Shown here: positions 1 to 9,558 of the stretch, in pieces
How positions within the stretch are numbered: position 1 is the stretch's first letter
Layout: each line of letters begins with the position of its first letter
NCBI GenBank assembly: GCA_947501605.1
Contig: CANMWZ010000003.1
Span: forward strand, 228,298-292,297
DNA from: Planctomycetota bacterium
GTDB lineage: Bacteria; Planctomycetota; UBA1135; UBA2386
Reading direction: 5' to 3'
Length of the DNA stretch: 64,000 nucleotides
Made by a program: the position numbers and the translations under genes
Notes under the pieces: model-generated
The model's database searches: none
What the model was told of the DNA's origin: nothing
What the model saw: only the letters and a program-made list of their open reading frames with translations

Positions 1-35
1 CCAGCGACGACGACGTCGACATCGGAAGCGGGCAT
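1..35 (-). CDS. 5' end of a gene running off the window (MPASDVDVVVA...), possibly 50S protein uL4
   Basis: ATG at 35 with GGAG 9 nt upstream; lies downstream of rplC where rplD is expected. Too short to identify. Confidence 0.35.
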   Translation of the reverse strand, partial: MPASDVDVVVA

Positions 36-183
36 GTTTGAAAGCTCCGGGAGAGACGGCCGCAACTTGGGCAGCGGCCGTGGGCTCAACTCCAAGAACC
101 AGTCGGGCCCGTCTTTGGGCCCCAGAGTCTTGGGGCCCTAAGGCTTGGAGCCCAGCCGGCGCCCTTTCAGGCCGGCGCCGCTC

Positions 184-345
184 TCAGGCCTTCGCCTGAG
201 CGGCTGTCTCGTCGGGCTCAGTCACCCGAAGGACCACGCGGCTACCGATCGGAACTGCACGGTTCGCCAAATAGCCCTTGCCGAGCTTCTTCTTCTTGAA
301 CCGACCGCGGGTAGGACCGCCGTTCTTGCGCCTGGAACGTGCCAT
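184..345 (-). CDS. Small basic protein, 53 aa, not in the ORF track: MARSRRKNGGPTRGRFKKKKLGKGYLANRAVPIGSRVVLRVTEPDETAAQAKA
   Basis: Hand translation, ATG 345 to TGA 184; starts 41 nt after the rplC stop on the same strand; K/R-rich. Confidence 0.65.
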   Translation of the reverse strand: MARSRRKNGGPTRGRFKKKKLGKGYLANRAVPIGSRVVLRVTEPDETAAQAKA

Positions 346-386
346 GGTGTGTGCCTAGTTGTTATCGAAGGGTTGCTGCGCCGCGA

Positions 387-1118
387 TCAGCGCTTGATCT
401 TGACCTTGATGCTCTTGGAGAGCATCAGGTAGCCGTTGTTGTGCCCAGGAACGGCGCCACGCAGGTAGACGAGGTTGCGGTCGGCGTCGACCTTGATGAC
501 CTCGAGATTCTGAACGGTCACGCGCTCCACGCCGTAGTGGCCGGCCATTTTCTTGCCCTTAGGCACACCCTTGCTGATCGAGTGCATGCGGCCGAGGCCG
601 CCGGCCGTGCGATGGTTCAGCGAGTTACCGTGGGAAGTCGGCTGGCGATGGAAGTTCCAGCGCTTGATGGTGCCGGCCCAACCACGACCTTTGGTGGTTC
701 CAACCACGTCGACGTTGGTCACGCCCTCGAACAAGCTGGCGCTGACGTCGTCACCAGGTTTGACCGTTGGGGCCTCGCCGAGGCGGAACTCGCGCACGAA
801 GTGCTTGCTACCTTCCAGGCCGGCCTTCTTTGCTTGGCCCAGGGCGGCCTTGCTCGAGGTTCGGGCTGGGCGGTCATCAAAGCCCAACTGGACCGCGTAG
901 TAGCCGTCGGCAGCGCGCGTGCGCTCCTGACGACCGCTCTTCTTGCCGCGGTTGCCGGTGCTTGTGCGGTGGCCTTCAGGGTGCTCGCCAGCGGCGACCA
1001 CTTTGATCTGGAGGACCTTGCAGGGACCGGCCTGCACCACCGTGACGGGGATACAGGTACCGTCTTCGCGGAAAATCTGGGTCATGCCCAGCTTCTTGCC
1101 AAGGATGCCGAGGGTCAT
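387..1118 (-). CDS. rplC: 50S ribosomal protein uL3 with a basic insertion
   Basis: GKKLGMTQIF, PVTVVQAGPC, DGYYAVQLGF, KGKKMAGHYG and RGAVPG motifs. Confidence 0.98.
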   Translation of the reverse strand: MTLGILGKKLGMTQIFREDGTCIPVTVVQAGPCKVLQIKVVAAGEHPEGHRTSTGNRGKKSGRQERTRAADGYYAVQLGFDDRPARTSSKAALGQAKKAGLEGSKHFVREFRLGEAPTVKPGDDVSASLFEGVTNVDVVGTTKGRGWAGTIKRWNFHRQPTSHGNSLNHRTAGGLGRMHSISKGVPKGKKMAGHYGVERVTVQNLEVIKVDADRNLVYLRGAVPGHNNGYLMLSKSIKVKIKR

Positions 1119-1163
1119 CGATCGTGCTCGCGTGCGCGCAGTCTAGGAACGAAAGGGCGGAGC

Positions 1164-1192
1164 TTTATACGGACTGCAGGGGCCGGGCGCAA
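1164..1192 (-). promoter_or_regulatory. Sigma70-type promoter of rplC
   Basis: TTGCGC-17 nt-TATAAA on the minus strand, then GCTCCGCCCT. Confidence 0.65.
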
Positions 1193-1292
1193 CGGTCGTC
1201 CTCCAGGGATCCGGGCATCCGCCCAGAATCTAGTGAGCAAGGAATGCGGTGCGGATGGCCGGAAGGGTGGTTTCGAGGCCACCGGCGACGAC

Positions 1293-2237
1293 TCAGACCA
1301 AGTCGGCGTACTTGTGCTTTCGACTCACAAAGGAGCTGAAACCGACCACCATGAACACCGCCGCCCACGTGCTGGACACGGCAATGTGGGTCCAGAAGTC
1401 GCCAAACTGGAGGTGCTGAGCACCCTCCACCATTGCATCGGTGGCGCCGAGGACCATGCGCTGCGCCTGAATCAACGAGAACGCAGGGTTGCACGCGAAC
1501 AGCATGTCGGCGGTCTGCTGGCCAAGCTTCTGGACCACCATTTCCGGCACCCAGAACACAGGACTCAGGAACATCCAGACCATCGTCACGATGCCCCAGA
1601 TCTGCCGGATGTCGCGGACGAAGACGTAGAGATTCGCGAGGAACAACCCGATGCCAAGGATCATTGCGAACTGGATCACGAGGGTGACCGGCAGCATCAG
1701 GAGAAGCCAACCTGGCTTCATGCTCACCACCTCGACGCCACACAGAACACAGACGAGCCACGCCACCATCAGCACGGCGGCGCCGACGAGGTAGGTGGCG
1801 ATCGCCACCAGGGTCGTCGGGATCGGCAGCACCTCCGACGGGAAGGCGACCTTCTTGACCAGATTGCCATTCGCGACCACGGTGCCGCAGTGGGCCGAGG
1901 TCGCTTCGTTCAGCGTGCTGAAAGAGAGGACGCCACTGAACAAGTAGAAGGCGAAGTTCGGATCCGGCGGCTGTCCCGCGCGGTGGTTGCCGAACAGCAT
2001 GCCGAACACCAAGTAGTAGATGACGAACATCAACAGCGGCTGCAGCACGACCCAGGACGAGCCGAGGGCCGAGCCGCGGAACCGAGCAAGGAACTCGCGG
2101 CGCGCAAAGTTCGCGACCAGGTTTCGGTTCTCCCAAATGACTGACGGATAGCGGAACACCGGCAGGATGTGCCGAAGGGTGCCCCGCGGCGCCGTCTCGG
2201 CGTTGTAGGTTCGAATCAATCCGTCAGTGTCGGCCAT
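1293..2237 (-). CDS. wzm: ABC-2 polysaccharide export permease (Wzm/TagG-like)
   Basis: REFLARFRGSALGSSW, NLVKKVAFP, RDIRQ, SPVFW and NP motifs; start set at MADTDG. Confidence 0.88.
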   Translation of the reverse strand: MADTDGLIRTYNAETAPRGTLRHILPVFRYPSVIWENRNLVANFARREFLARFRGSALGSSWVVLQPLLMFVIYYLVFGMLFGNHRAGQPPDPNFAFYLFSGVLSFSTLNEATSAHCGTVVANGNLVKKVAFPSEVLPIPTTLVAIATYLVGAAVLMVAWLVCVLCGVEVVSMKPGWLLLMLPVTLVIQFAMILGIGLFLANLYVFVRDIRQIWGIVTMVWMFLSPVFWVPEMVVQKLGQQTADMLFACNPAFSLIQAQRMVLGATDAMVEGAQHLQFGDFWTHIAVSSTWAAVFMVVGFSSFVSRKHKYADLV

Positions 2238-2314
2238 GGTCGGGAAGGGTATCGGCGCGCCGTCATGACGCCATGAAGAGGAAGGCAGTTGCGCGCGACC
2301 AGGAACCGACGGGA

Positions 2315-3319
2315 CTACTTGGACAAGACCTGCTGCACCACCGCGACCACGCGGTCGTGACAGGTTCCAGTAGTCGCGACGACACCGCGATTGCCCTGCA
2401 AGGTCGTCCCACGCGCGAAATCCAGAGGACGCCCATCGACGTCGGTCACGGTGCCACCGGCTTCTGCGAGCAGCAGTGCGCCAGCCGCGTGATCCCAGAC
2501 CTTCTCGCGATAGTCGGCGCGCGTTGGCAGTCGCAGATAGACATCGGCATCGCCGCGGGCAACGGCGGCGTACTTGGCCTGCGAATCGAGTCGCAGAGGA
2601 GGCTCGACCAGTCCGAGTCGTTGCACGATGGCCGAAGCCATGGCCTGATCGGTGTGACCAGACTCCACGGATTCGCATACACGCAACAAGGACTGGCCAC
2701 GCCAAACCGCCACGCGCACAGGACGCCGCGGCGACGGCGGCGAGCCCGCGAAGGAAACCTCGAAGGCGCCACTGCCGCGCATCGCGCCGAACAGAAGTCC
2801 GGGTATCGCCTGGGGCGCCAGGTCATAGGCTGGGCAAGCCAGCACCGCAGCGGTCACTTCGCCACCCTCGATCAACGCCAGTGCAATCGCGAACTGGCCA
2901 CCGCGCAAGAAGCCCTTCGTCCCGTCGATCGGATCCACGACCCAGTAGCGCTCGGTATCGCCGCGGGCCTGGCCGCGGTCGAGCCAGGCAAGCACTTCTT
3001 CGTGACCGACCCGGCGCGCGAGCGAGGAGCTGACGATCTCGGTCACGCGTGCCCGCAGCGCACTTGCTGCATCCCCGCGCAAGCCGACGGCATCCTCTTC
3101 GCCGACCAGGGAGTCGTTGGGGAACGCCGCTTCCAACGTCGCCGCAACCACCGCCTGAGCCGCGAAGTCGGCGACCGTCACCGGGCTGTTGTCCTGCTTG
3201 GTGATGGTGCCCGCACCGCGAGCGCCGAGGTCTGCCCGAACGGTCATGGCGGCAATGGCGGCGCGGCGGACAGCCTCGAGAGCCGTGTCGAGTTCGAGCT
3301 TCCGGTCGAGTGCCTGCAT
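2315..3319 (-). CDS. 3'(2'),5'-bisphosphate nucleotidase (PAP phosphatase), HAL2/Met22-like
   Basis: SPVTVADF, GEED, DPIDGTKGFLRGGQFA, DSQAKY and YREKVWDHAAG motifs. Confidence 0.92.
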   Translation of the reverse strand: MQALDRKLELDTALEAVRRAAIAAMTVRADLGARGAGTITKQDNSPVTVADFAAQAVVAATLEAAFPNDSLVGEEDAVGLRGDAASALRARVTEIVSSSLARRVGHEEVLAWLDRGQARGDTERYWVVDPIDGTKGFLRGGQFAIALALIEGGEVTAAVLACPAYDLAPQAIPGLLFGAMRGSGAFEVSFAGSPPSPRRPVRVAVWRGQSLLRVCESVESGHTDQAMASAIVQRLGLVEPPLRLDSQAKYAAVARGDADVYLRLPTRADYREKVWDHAAGALLLAEAGGTVTDVDGRPLDFARGTTLQGNRGVVATTGTCHDRVVAVVQQVLSK

Positions 3320-3616
3320 TGGAATCCTCATCGGCGCGGCCTTCGCCGCCACCATCGCTGACCATCGACGCGGCCGGCAGCTGCTGTTGATGAAATGTCG
3401 GAGAATCCGACAGACACGATGCGCCCCCGCTGGATCGGCACTGCGATCTGCGGGGCGCAGAAGCTCGGACTCAGCATCGAGCGCGTTGCCGGCCGATGAG
3501 GAGACTCGTACTGTGGCACGCATCGCCGTGCGGCGAGACCCTCCACCACCACTTCCGGCCCCTTGGGCTCTCTTCCCACTGGGCCTCCTCGGCCGTCCGC
3601 GAGGCCCCACAAGTTC

Positions 3617-4858
3617 ATGCAACCGTCGATTGAAGTCGCAGGAGTCTCCAAGGTCTACCGGCTCTATGGGAACCCATGGGGCCCACTGTTCGAGAAAATG
3701 CCTTGGAGCAAGAAGCCCTGGCACCGCGAAGTGGCAGCGCTCACCGACATCAACTTCACGGTCGAACCGAGCCAGTGCGTTGGCTTGATCGGTAGCAACG
3801 GCGCCGGCAAGTCGACTCTGCTGAAGATCCTCTCGGGCACGACGTTTCCGACCAGCGGTCGCTTGGCGGTGCGCGGGCGCGTTGCCAGCCTTCTCGAACT
3901 CGGCGCCGGCTTCCATCAGAGCTTCTCAGGCCGCGAGAACATCCTGATGAATGCGGCGATGATGGGGTTCTCGCGCAAACAGGCGCAGCGGAAGGTCGAC
4001 GAGATCATCGAGTTCAGTGAGCTCGGCGACTTCATCAACGCGCCGATCCGCACGTATTCCTCCGGAATGGCAGCGCGCCTGGGCTTCAGCGTCGCCATCG
4101 CCGTCGACCCCGACGTGCTGATCATTGACGAGATCCTCGCCGTTGGTGACATGAACTTCCGGCGCAAGTGCGTCGACAAGATCTGGAACTTCAAGCGCGC
4201 GGGCAAGACGTTGTTCTTCTGTTCGCACTCGCTCTACGACGTTCGTCAGCTGTGCGACCAGGCCATCTGGATGAAGGATGGCAAGATGAAGATGATGGGC
4301 GACTCGATCCTCGTGACCAACGAGTACTCGACCTACGAAAACAACGTCGCCGAGACCAACGAGAAGGCGGCATTCGCCTCGTTGCCGGCCGCGCCCAAGT
4401 ACGACGAGAACGACCACCCGCGCATCCTCGGCGCCGTGCTGCTCGATTCGAAGACGGGCAAGAAGCGCAACAAGTTTCAACCAGGAGAAGCCGCTTCGCT
4501 GCGCGTGCACGTGCGCAACAGCAAGAACCCCGTACCGCTCGCGCTGGCCGTCGGCGCCATCCGCGGCGACAGCACCATGGTGTGGGCACAGTCAACGCAA
4601 CTCGACGGCATCACCTTCGACTTCCAAGAAGGCTACGTCACGCTGCATCTCGACAAGTTGCGTTTGCTCTCCGGCGAGTTCACCTTGCCCATCTGGCTAC
4701 TCGATGCGAACGGCATTCACCGCTTCCACGAGCGACCGGCCGAGGAGAACCTCATCGTGCAGAATCGAACCAAGGACCTCGGTCTGTACCTCGAAGAGCA
4801 CCACTGGGACGTGGAGCCGTCGCGCGCACCTGCAGTGAAGGCGTCACCGGCATCCTGA
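3617..4858 (+). CDS. wzt: Polysaccharide ABC exporter ATPase with C-terminal Wzt_C-like domain
   Basis: GSNGAGKST, LLELGAGF, YSSGMAARLGF and DEILAVGD, plus a ~160-aa beta-rich C-terminal extension. Confidence 0.92.
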   Translation: MQPSIEVAGVSKVYRLYGNPWGPLFEKMPWSKKPWHREVAALTDINFTVEPSQCVGLIGSNGAGKSTLLKILSGTTFPTSGRLAVRGRVASLLELGAGFHQSFSGRENILMNAAMMGFSRKQAQRKVDEIIEFSELGDFINAPIRTYSSGMAARLGFSVAIAVDPDVLIIDEILAVGDMNFRRKCVDKIWNFKRAGKTLFFCSHSLYDVRQLCDQAIWMKDGKMKMMGDSILVTNEYSTYENNVAETNEKAAFASLPAAPKYDENDHPRILGAVLLDSKTGKKRNKFQPGEAASLRVHVRNSKNPVPLALAVGAIRGDSTMVWAQSTQLDGITFDFQEGYVTLHLDKLRLLSGEFTLPIWLLDANGIHRFHERPAEENLIVQNRTKDLGLYLEEHHWDVEPSRAPAVKASPAS

Positions 4859-4868
4859 GGCGCGCGCC

Positions 4869-5873
4869 ATGAAGCCTCGGCTCTATCTGCACATCGGGCA
4901 CTCCAAGGTGGCGAGCACGACCATTCAAGCGCTCTTGGACGCCAACATCGCCGCCATTCGGGCGAAGGCCGGACTCGTTGCGGATCTGGAGTTCCGCTTT
5001 CCGGCTAATGGCCCGATCAAGGCAAACCCAGTTGGCGCACTGCAGGACATGTGCGACGGCGGTAACGAGGGCAAGGCGTTACTCCATCAGCGACTGACCG
5101 AACTCCATCGCGTGCTCACCGCTCCGAGGCGCCGGTTCGACCACGCAATCGTCTCGGCCGAGAACCTGTGCAATCCGCCGTTCCACGAACTGTTCGAGCC
5201 CGCCAAAGAGCTGTTCGACGTGCATCTGGTCTATTACATCCGCCGCCAGGACGAATGGCTGCTGTCCGCCTGGAAACAATGGGGAGTCAAGCAGGGCCAG
5301 AGCGTTGACGCGTTCTGCCTCGAGGGCACGACCACCCGCTATCCGGCCTTCACGGTTGCAATCCAGCGCTGGGAACCGCTGGCAACGAACATCCACGTGC
5401 GACCACTGCATGCGTCCGCCCTCGTCGACGGCAGTGTCACCCACGATTTCGCCAAGGCCATCGGCCTCGACGGCAAGACTCTCGAGCACCCAGGGATCAG
5501 CAACCCGTCGTTCGACGCAGCCGTGCTCGAAGTGCTGCGCCACAACTCATACCTGTTCCAGCACCGCGACGATGATCGAGTGTTCGACTTCCTCGGCGAG
5601 TTCTTGTCGAAAGAACACAAGCCGATGCGAGCGGTCCTCGAAGGCAAGACTCGCAAGACCTTGTGCAACTACTTCGAGGCCGAGAACCGGGCGCTGCAGC
5701 AGAGGTTCTTCCCGGAGACCGACTTCGACGTGATCTACGGTGTGGACAGCGCCGCCGCTGAGCCACCTCCGCCCACGGACAAGGACATGCTGCTGCGGTT
5801 CCTCGGCCTCCAACTACGCGGCATCATGGACCTCCAAGCGCGCATCGGCCAATTGGAGCAGCGCCAAAAATGA
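4869..5873 (+). CDS. Sulfotransferase-like protein
   Basis: N-terminal LHIGHSKVASTTIQ resembles the 5'-PSB loop; SAENL and YIRRQDEWLLSAW resemble the 3'-PB region; adjacent to PAPS genes. Confidence 0.65.
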   Translation: MKPRLYLHIGHSKVASTTIQALLDANIAAIRAKAGLVADLEFRFPANGPIKANPVGALQDMCDGGNEGKALLHQRLTELHRVLTAPRRRFDHAIVSAENLCNPPFHELFEPAKELFDVHLVYYIRRQDEWLLSAWKQWGVKQGQSVDAFCLEGTTTRYPAFTVAIQRWEPLATNIHVRPLHASALVDGSVTHDFAKAIGLDGKTLEHPGISNPSFDAAVLEVLRHNSYLFQHRDDDRVFDFLGEFLSKEHKPMRAVLEGKTRKTLCNYFEAENRALQQRFFPETDFDVIYGVDSAAAEPPPPTDKDMLLRFLGLQLRGIMDLQARIGQLEQRQK

Positions 5874-5978
5874 CGCGCAACGAGCGGGCGGCACGAGCGC
5901 ATTCGTGCGCAAACCCGTTCCGGTCTCAGGTTCCAACCCACGCCCTACCGATCTCGTCGATGCGCCCCGGAACCGATC

Positions 5979-6617
5979 ATGAGCAAACCGAGCCGCAGTA
6001 CGAACATCTCGCGATCCACCGGACGCGTTAGCCGCATCGATCGCGAACGCCTGCTTGGTCAGCAAGGCTGTGTAGCGTGGCTCACGGGACTGTCGGGCTC
6101 CGGCAAATCGACCTTGGCCCATCACCTCGAAAGCCTGCTGCTCGACCAAGGACACTTGGTCTACGTGTTCGACGGCGACAACCTGCGCCACGGACTCTGC
6201 GGCGATCTCGGATTCAGCGCAGAAGACCGCACCGAGAACATCCGGCGCGCAGGTGAGGTTGCAGCGCTACTGGCGGATACCGGCGCAATCGTGCTGTGCT
6301 CGTTCATCTCGCCGTATCGAGCCGATCGCGAACGAGTTCGCAAGACTGTTGGCGACGGCCGCTTCCTGGAAGTGCATGTCGATGCCTCCGTCGCCGTTTG
6401 CGAACAACGCGATCCGAAGGGCCTCTACAAGAAGGCCCGGCAGGGCCTCATCCCCGAATTCACCGGGATCGACGCGCCGTACGAGGCACCCATCGATCCA
6501 GAAGTCCGCGTCGATACCGGCACGCTCGGAATCGCCGAGGCCGCGCAGCAGATCCATCACAGACTTAGCGTTCGCGGTTTTCTGTCACCGCCGACCACAC
6601 CGGAGACCGCCCCGTGA
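5979..6617 (+). CDS. cysC: Adenylyl-sulfate kinase
   Basis: [31 protein letters not shown] and FTGIDAPYE. Confidence 0.97.
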   Translation: MSKPSRSTNISRSTGRVSRIDRERLLGQQGCVAWLTGLSGSGKSTLAHHLESLLLDQGHLVYVFDGDNLRHGLCGDLGFSAEDRTENIRRAGEVAALLADTGAIVLCSFISPYRADRERVRKTVGDGRFLEVHVDASVAVCEQRDPKGLYKKARQGLIPEFTGIDAPYEAPIDPEVRVDTGTLGIAEAAQQIHHRLSVRGFLSPPTTPETAP

Positions 6618-7525
6618 CCAAGACCTACACGCTGACCCATCTCCAGCAACTCGAGAACGAGAGCATTCAGATCATCCGAGAGGTCGCCGCCGAGTTTCAA
6701 AACCCGGTGATGCTCTACTCCATCGGCAAGGACAGCGGCGTGATGCTCCGCCTAGCAGAGAAGGCGTTCTATCCCGCCCCACTCCCGTTCTCGTTGCTGC
6801 ACGTCAACACGACCTACAAGTTCCGCGAGATGATTGCCTTCCGCAATCAACTCATGAAGGACATCGGCGCGACGTTGATCGAGAAGATCAACCTCGAAGG
6901 GGTGAAGCAGAACATCAACCCCTTCGACCATGGCACGCAGCGCTACACGCACATCATGAAGACCGAGACGTTGAAGCAAGCGCTGACCGAGGGCGGCTAC
7001 GACGCAGCCTTCGGTGGCGCTCGCCGCGACGAAGAGAAGAGCCGAGCCAAGGAGCGTGTGTTCAGCTTCCGCGACTCGCGGCATCAGTGGGACCCAAAGA
7101 ACCAACGCCCAGAGCTCTGGGATCTCTACAACGGCCGCGTGAAGCAAGGTGAGTCGATCCGGGTGTTTCCGCTGTCGAACTGGACCGAACTCGACATCTG
7201 GCTCTACATCCACCTCGAGAAGATCCCAATGGTGCCGCTCTACTTCGCCAAGGAGCGGCCCGTGGTTCGGCGCAACGGCACTTGGATCATGGTCGATGAC
7301 GAGCGATTGCCGCTGCAGAAGGGCGAGACACCGGAGATGCGCATGGTCCGCTTCCGGACACTGGGGTGTTACCCGCTGACCGGTGCCGTGGAGTCCAGCG
7401 CGACCACCGTACCTGAGGTCATCGAAGAAATGCTGCGCAACAAGAACTCGGAACGCCAGGGACGCATGATCGACTTCGACGAAGCTGGCTCGATGGAACA
7501 GAAGAAGCGCGAGGGCTACTTCTAA
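6614..7525 (+). CDS. cysD: Sulfate adenylyltransferase subunit 2
   Basis: [21 protein letters not shown] and C-terminal KKREGYF. Confidence 0.98.
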   Translation: MTKTYTLTHLQQLENESIQIIREVAAEFQNPVMLYSIGKDSGVMLRLAEKAFYPAPLPFSLLHVNTTYKFREMIAFRNQLMKDIGATLIEKINLEGVKQNINPFDHGTQRYTHIMKTETLKQALTEGGYDAAFGGARRDEEKSRAKERVFSFRDSRHQWDPKNQRPELWDLYNGRVKQGESIRVFPLSNWTELDIWLYIHLEKIPMVPLYFAKERPVVRRNGTWIMVDDERLPLQKGETPEMRMVRFRTLGCYPLTGAVESSATTVPEVIEEMLRNKNSERQGRMIDFDEAGSMEQKKREGYF

Positions 7526-9468
7526 TGATCTGCACCGAACTCGACCGACTCGGAATCGAGTCGTACCTGCAGAACTATCGCGACAAGTCGCTGCTGCGGT
7601 TCCTCACTTGCGGGTCCGTCGACGACGGCAAGTCGACGTTGATCGGCCGCCTCCTGCACGACGCCGACCAAGTCTTCGACGACCACCTCTCGGCGGTCCG
7701 GAAGGACACCGGCAAGTACGGCACCACGGGCGAGGCCATCGACTTCGCGCTGCTGGTCGACGGCTTGCAGGCAGAACGTGAGCAGGGCATCACGATTGAT
7801 GTCGCCTACCGCTACTTCAGCACGGACCGACGCAAGTTCATCATCGCGGATACGCCGGGGCACGTGCAGTACACGCGCAACATGGCTACTGGAGCCTCGC
7901 ACTGCGACTTGGCGATCATCCTGATCGATGCGCGGAAGGGCGTCCTGGAACAGACTCGCCGACACTCGTTCATCGCCACGCTCCTGGGCATCCAGCACCT
8001 CGTCGTCGCGATCAACAAGATGGACCTCGTTGACTACAGCCGCGAGGTCTTCGACCGCATCAAGGGCGACTTCGGCGCGTTCGCGGCGAAGCTGCAGGTG
8101 CGCGACATCCACTTCATTCCGATGTCGGGCATGCGCGGCGAGAACGTCGTGCACCGGAGCGAGAACATGCCCTGGTTCCAGGGCTCGCCTTTGCTCGCGC
8201 ACTTGGAAAACGTGCACATCGCCAGCGACCGCAATTTGGTCGACTTGCGTTTGCCAGTGCAACTTGTGCTACGTCCAAACCTCGATTACCGCGGCTTCTG
8301 CGGCACGATCGCCTCGGGCATCTTGCGCCAGGGCGACCCGATCGTGTCCCTGCCTTCAGGACGCCAGAGCCGGGTCAAGTCGATCGACACGTTTGGCGGC
8401 TCGCTGACAGAAGCGGTCGCCGGCATGGCGGTGTCGATCACGCTCGAGGACGAAATCGACGCCAGCCGCGGCGACATGTTCGCGAGCCCGAACAACGCCC
8501 CGAACGTCGATCACAACGTCGAAGCAATGATCGTCTGGATGGCTGAAGAGCCAATGCTGCCGGGCAGCCGCTACGTGCTCAAGCAGACCACCAACACCAG
8601 CGCTGTGACGGCGACGGACATCCGCTATCGGATGAACGTGAGCACACTCAGCCGAGAGGATGCAAAAGCCCTGACGCTGAACGAGATCGGCCGCGTGCGC
8701 TTGGAGAGCATGCGACCTCTGCAGTGGGACCCGTACGCGAAGAACCGCAGGACGGGTTCCTTCATCCTCGTCGACCGCTTGACGAACGCTACCGTCGCGG
8801 CTGGCATGATCCTGGATCGCACCACGGCCGAAAGGGCGGGCGATCGCCGGACTCGCTCAGGCGACGCTGGTCTCAATCTGCAGACGCACAAGAGCTCGGT
8901 TACGCCAGAGCAGCGGACCCAACGCCTCCAGCAGAAGCCGTTGGCGATCTGGTTCACTGGCCTGCCGCGCAGCGGCAAGACCCCGACTGCGTTCGCGCTG
9001 GAGCAGGAGCTCTATCGCCGCGGCTACGCGGCGCACGTGCTGCTGGGAACCAACCTGCGCACCACACTGAGCCGCGACCTCGGCTTCTCGGGCGAAGACC
9101 GTTGGGAGCACCAGCGCCGCGCCGCCGAGGTAGCCCGAGTCAGTTGCGACGCCGGCCTGATCGCAATCGGCGCGCTGATCGCGCCACTCGCGGCCGACCG
9201 CTCGCAGGCGCGTACGATCATCGGCGCCGAGCGGTTTGTGGAAGTGTTCTGCAACGCGTCGTTGGAGATCTGCGAGCAGCGCGATCAGACCGGCCTCTAC
9301 GCCGCTGCCCGCCAAGGTCAGTTGCGCAACGTGACCGGCATCGACGCTCCGTACGAGCCGCCGCAGAACCCGGACTTCGTCTTGCCGACGGGCACCAAGT
9401 CACCGGAGGACTGCGCCAAGATGTTGTGCGACTTCCTCGAGCAACGAGGCTTGCTGAAGAAGATGTGA
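7525..9468 (+). CDS. cysNC: CysN GTPase fused to an APS-kinase-like domain (CysNC/NodQ type)
   Basis: GSVDDGKST, DTPGH and NKMD; the C-terminal kinase-like domain has altered motifs. Confidence 0.95.
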   Translation: MICTELDRLGIESYLQNYRDKSLLRFLTCGSVDDGKSTLIGRLLHDADQVFDDHLSAVRKDTGKYGTTGEAIDFALLVDGLQAEREQGITIDVAYRYFSTDRRKFIIADTPGHVQYTRNMATGASHCDLAIILIDARKGVLEQTRRHSFIATLLGIQHLVVAINKMDLVDYSREVFDRIKGDFGAFAAKLQVRDIHFIPMSGMRGENVVHRSENMPWFQGSPLLAHLENVHIASDRNLVDLRLPVQLVLRPNLDYRGFCGTIASGILRQGDPIVSLPSGRQSRVKSIDTFGGSLTEAVAGMAVSITLEDEIDASRGDMFASPNNAPNVDHNVEAMIVWMAEEPMLPGSRYVLKQTTNTSAVTATDIRYRMNVSTLSREDAKALTLNEIGRVRLESMRPLQWDPYAKNRRTGSFILVDRLTNATVAAGMILDRTTAERAGDRRTRSGDAGLNLQTHKSSVTPEQRTQRLQQKPLAIWFTGLPRSGKTPTAFALEQELYRRGYAAHVLLGTNLRTTLSRDLGFSGEDRWEHQRRAAEVARVSCDAGLIAIGALIAPLAADRSQARTIIGAERFVEVFCNASLEICEQRDQTGLYAAARQGQLRNVTGIDAPYEPPQNPDFVLPTGTKSPEDCAKMLCDFLEQRGLLKKM

Positions 9469-9558
9469 CCGACAGGCGCTGGGCGGTCCGACCGCCCGGC
9501 TCCAGATGGTTCTGCCGACGTGTCGATGAGGGCGAAGGCGCGTGCGCCATTCTCGCTG

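Noticed and set aside
104..143. Short GTCTT(T/G)GGGCCC duplication before the putative rplD
   Set aside because: Only two to three imperfect units; too little to interpret.
339..2144. 601-aa plus-strand ORF, and many similar long antisense ORFs across the window
   Set aside because: Shadow frames opposite clear genes (rplC, wzm), as expected at high GC; no recognisable motifs.
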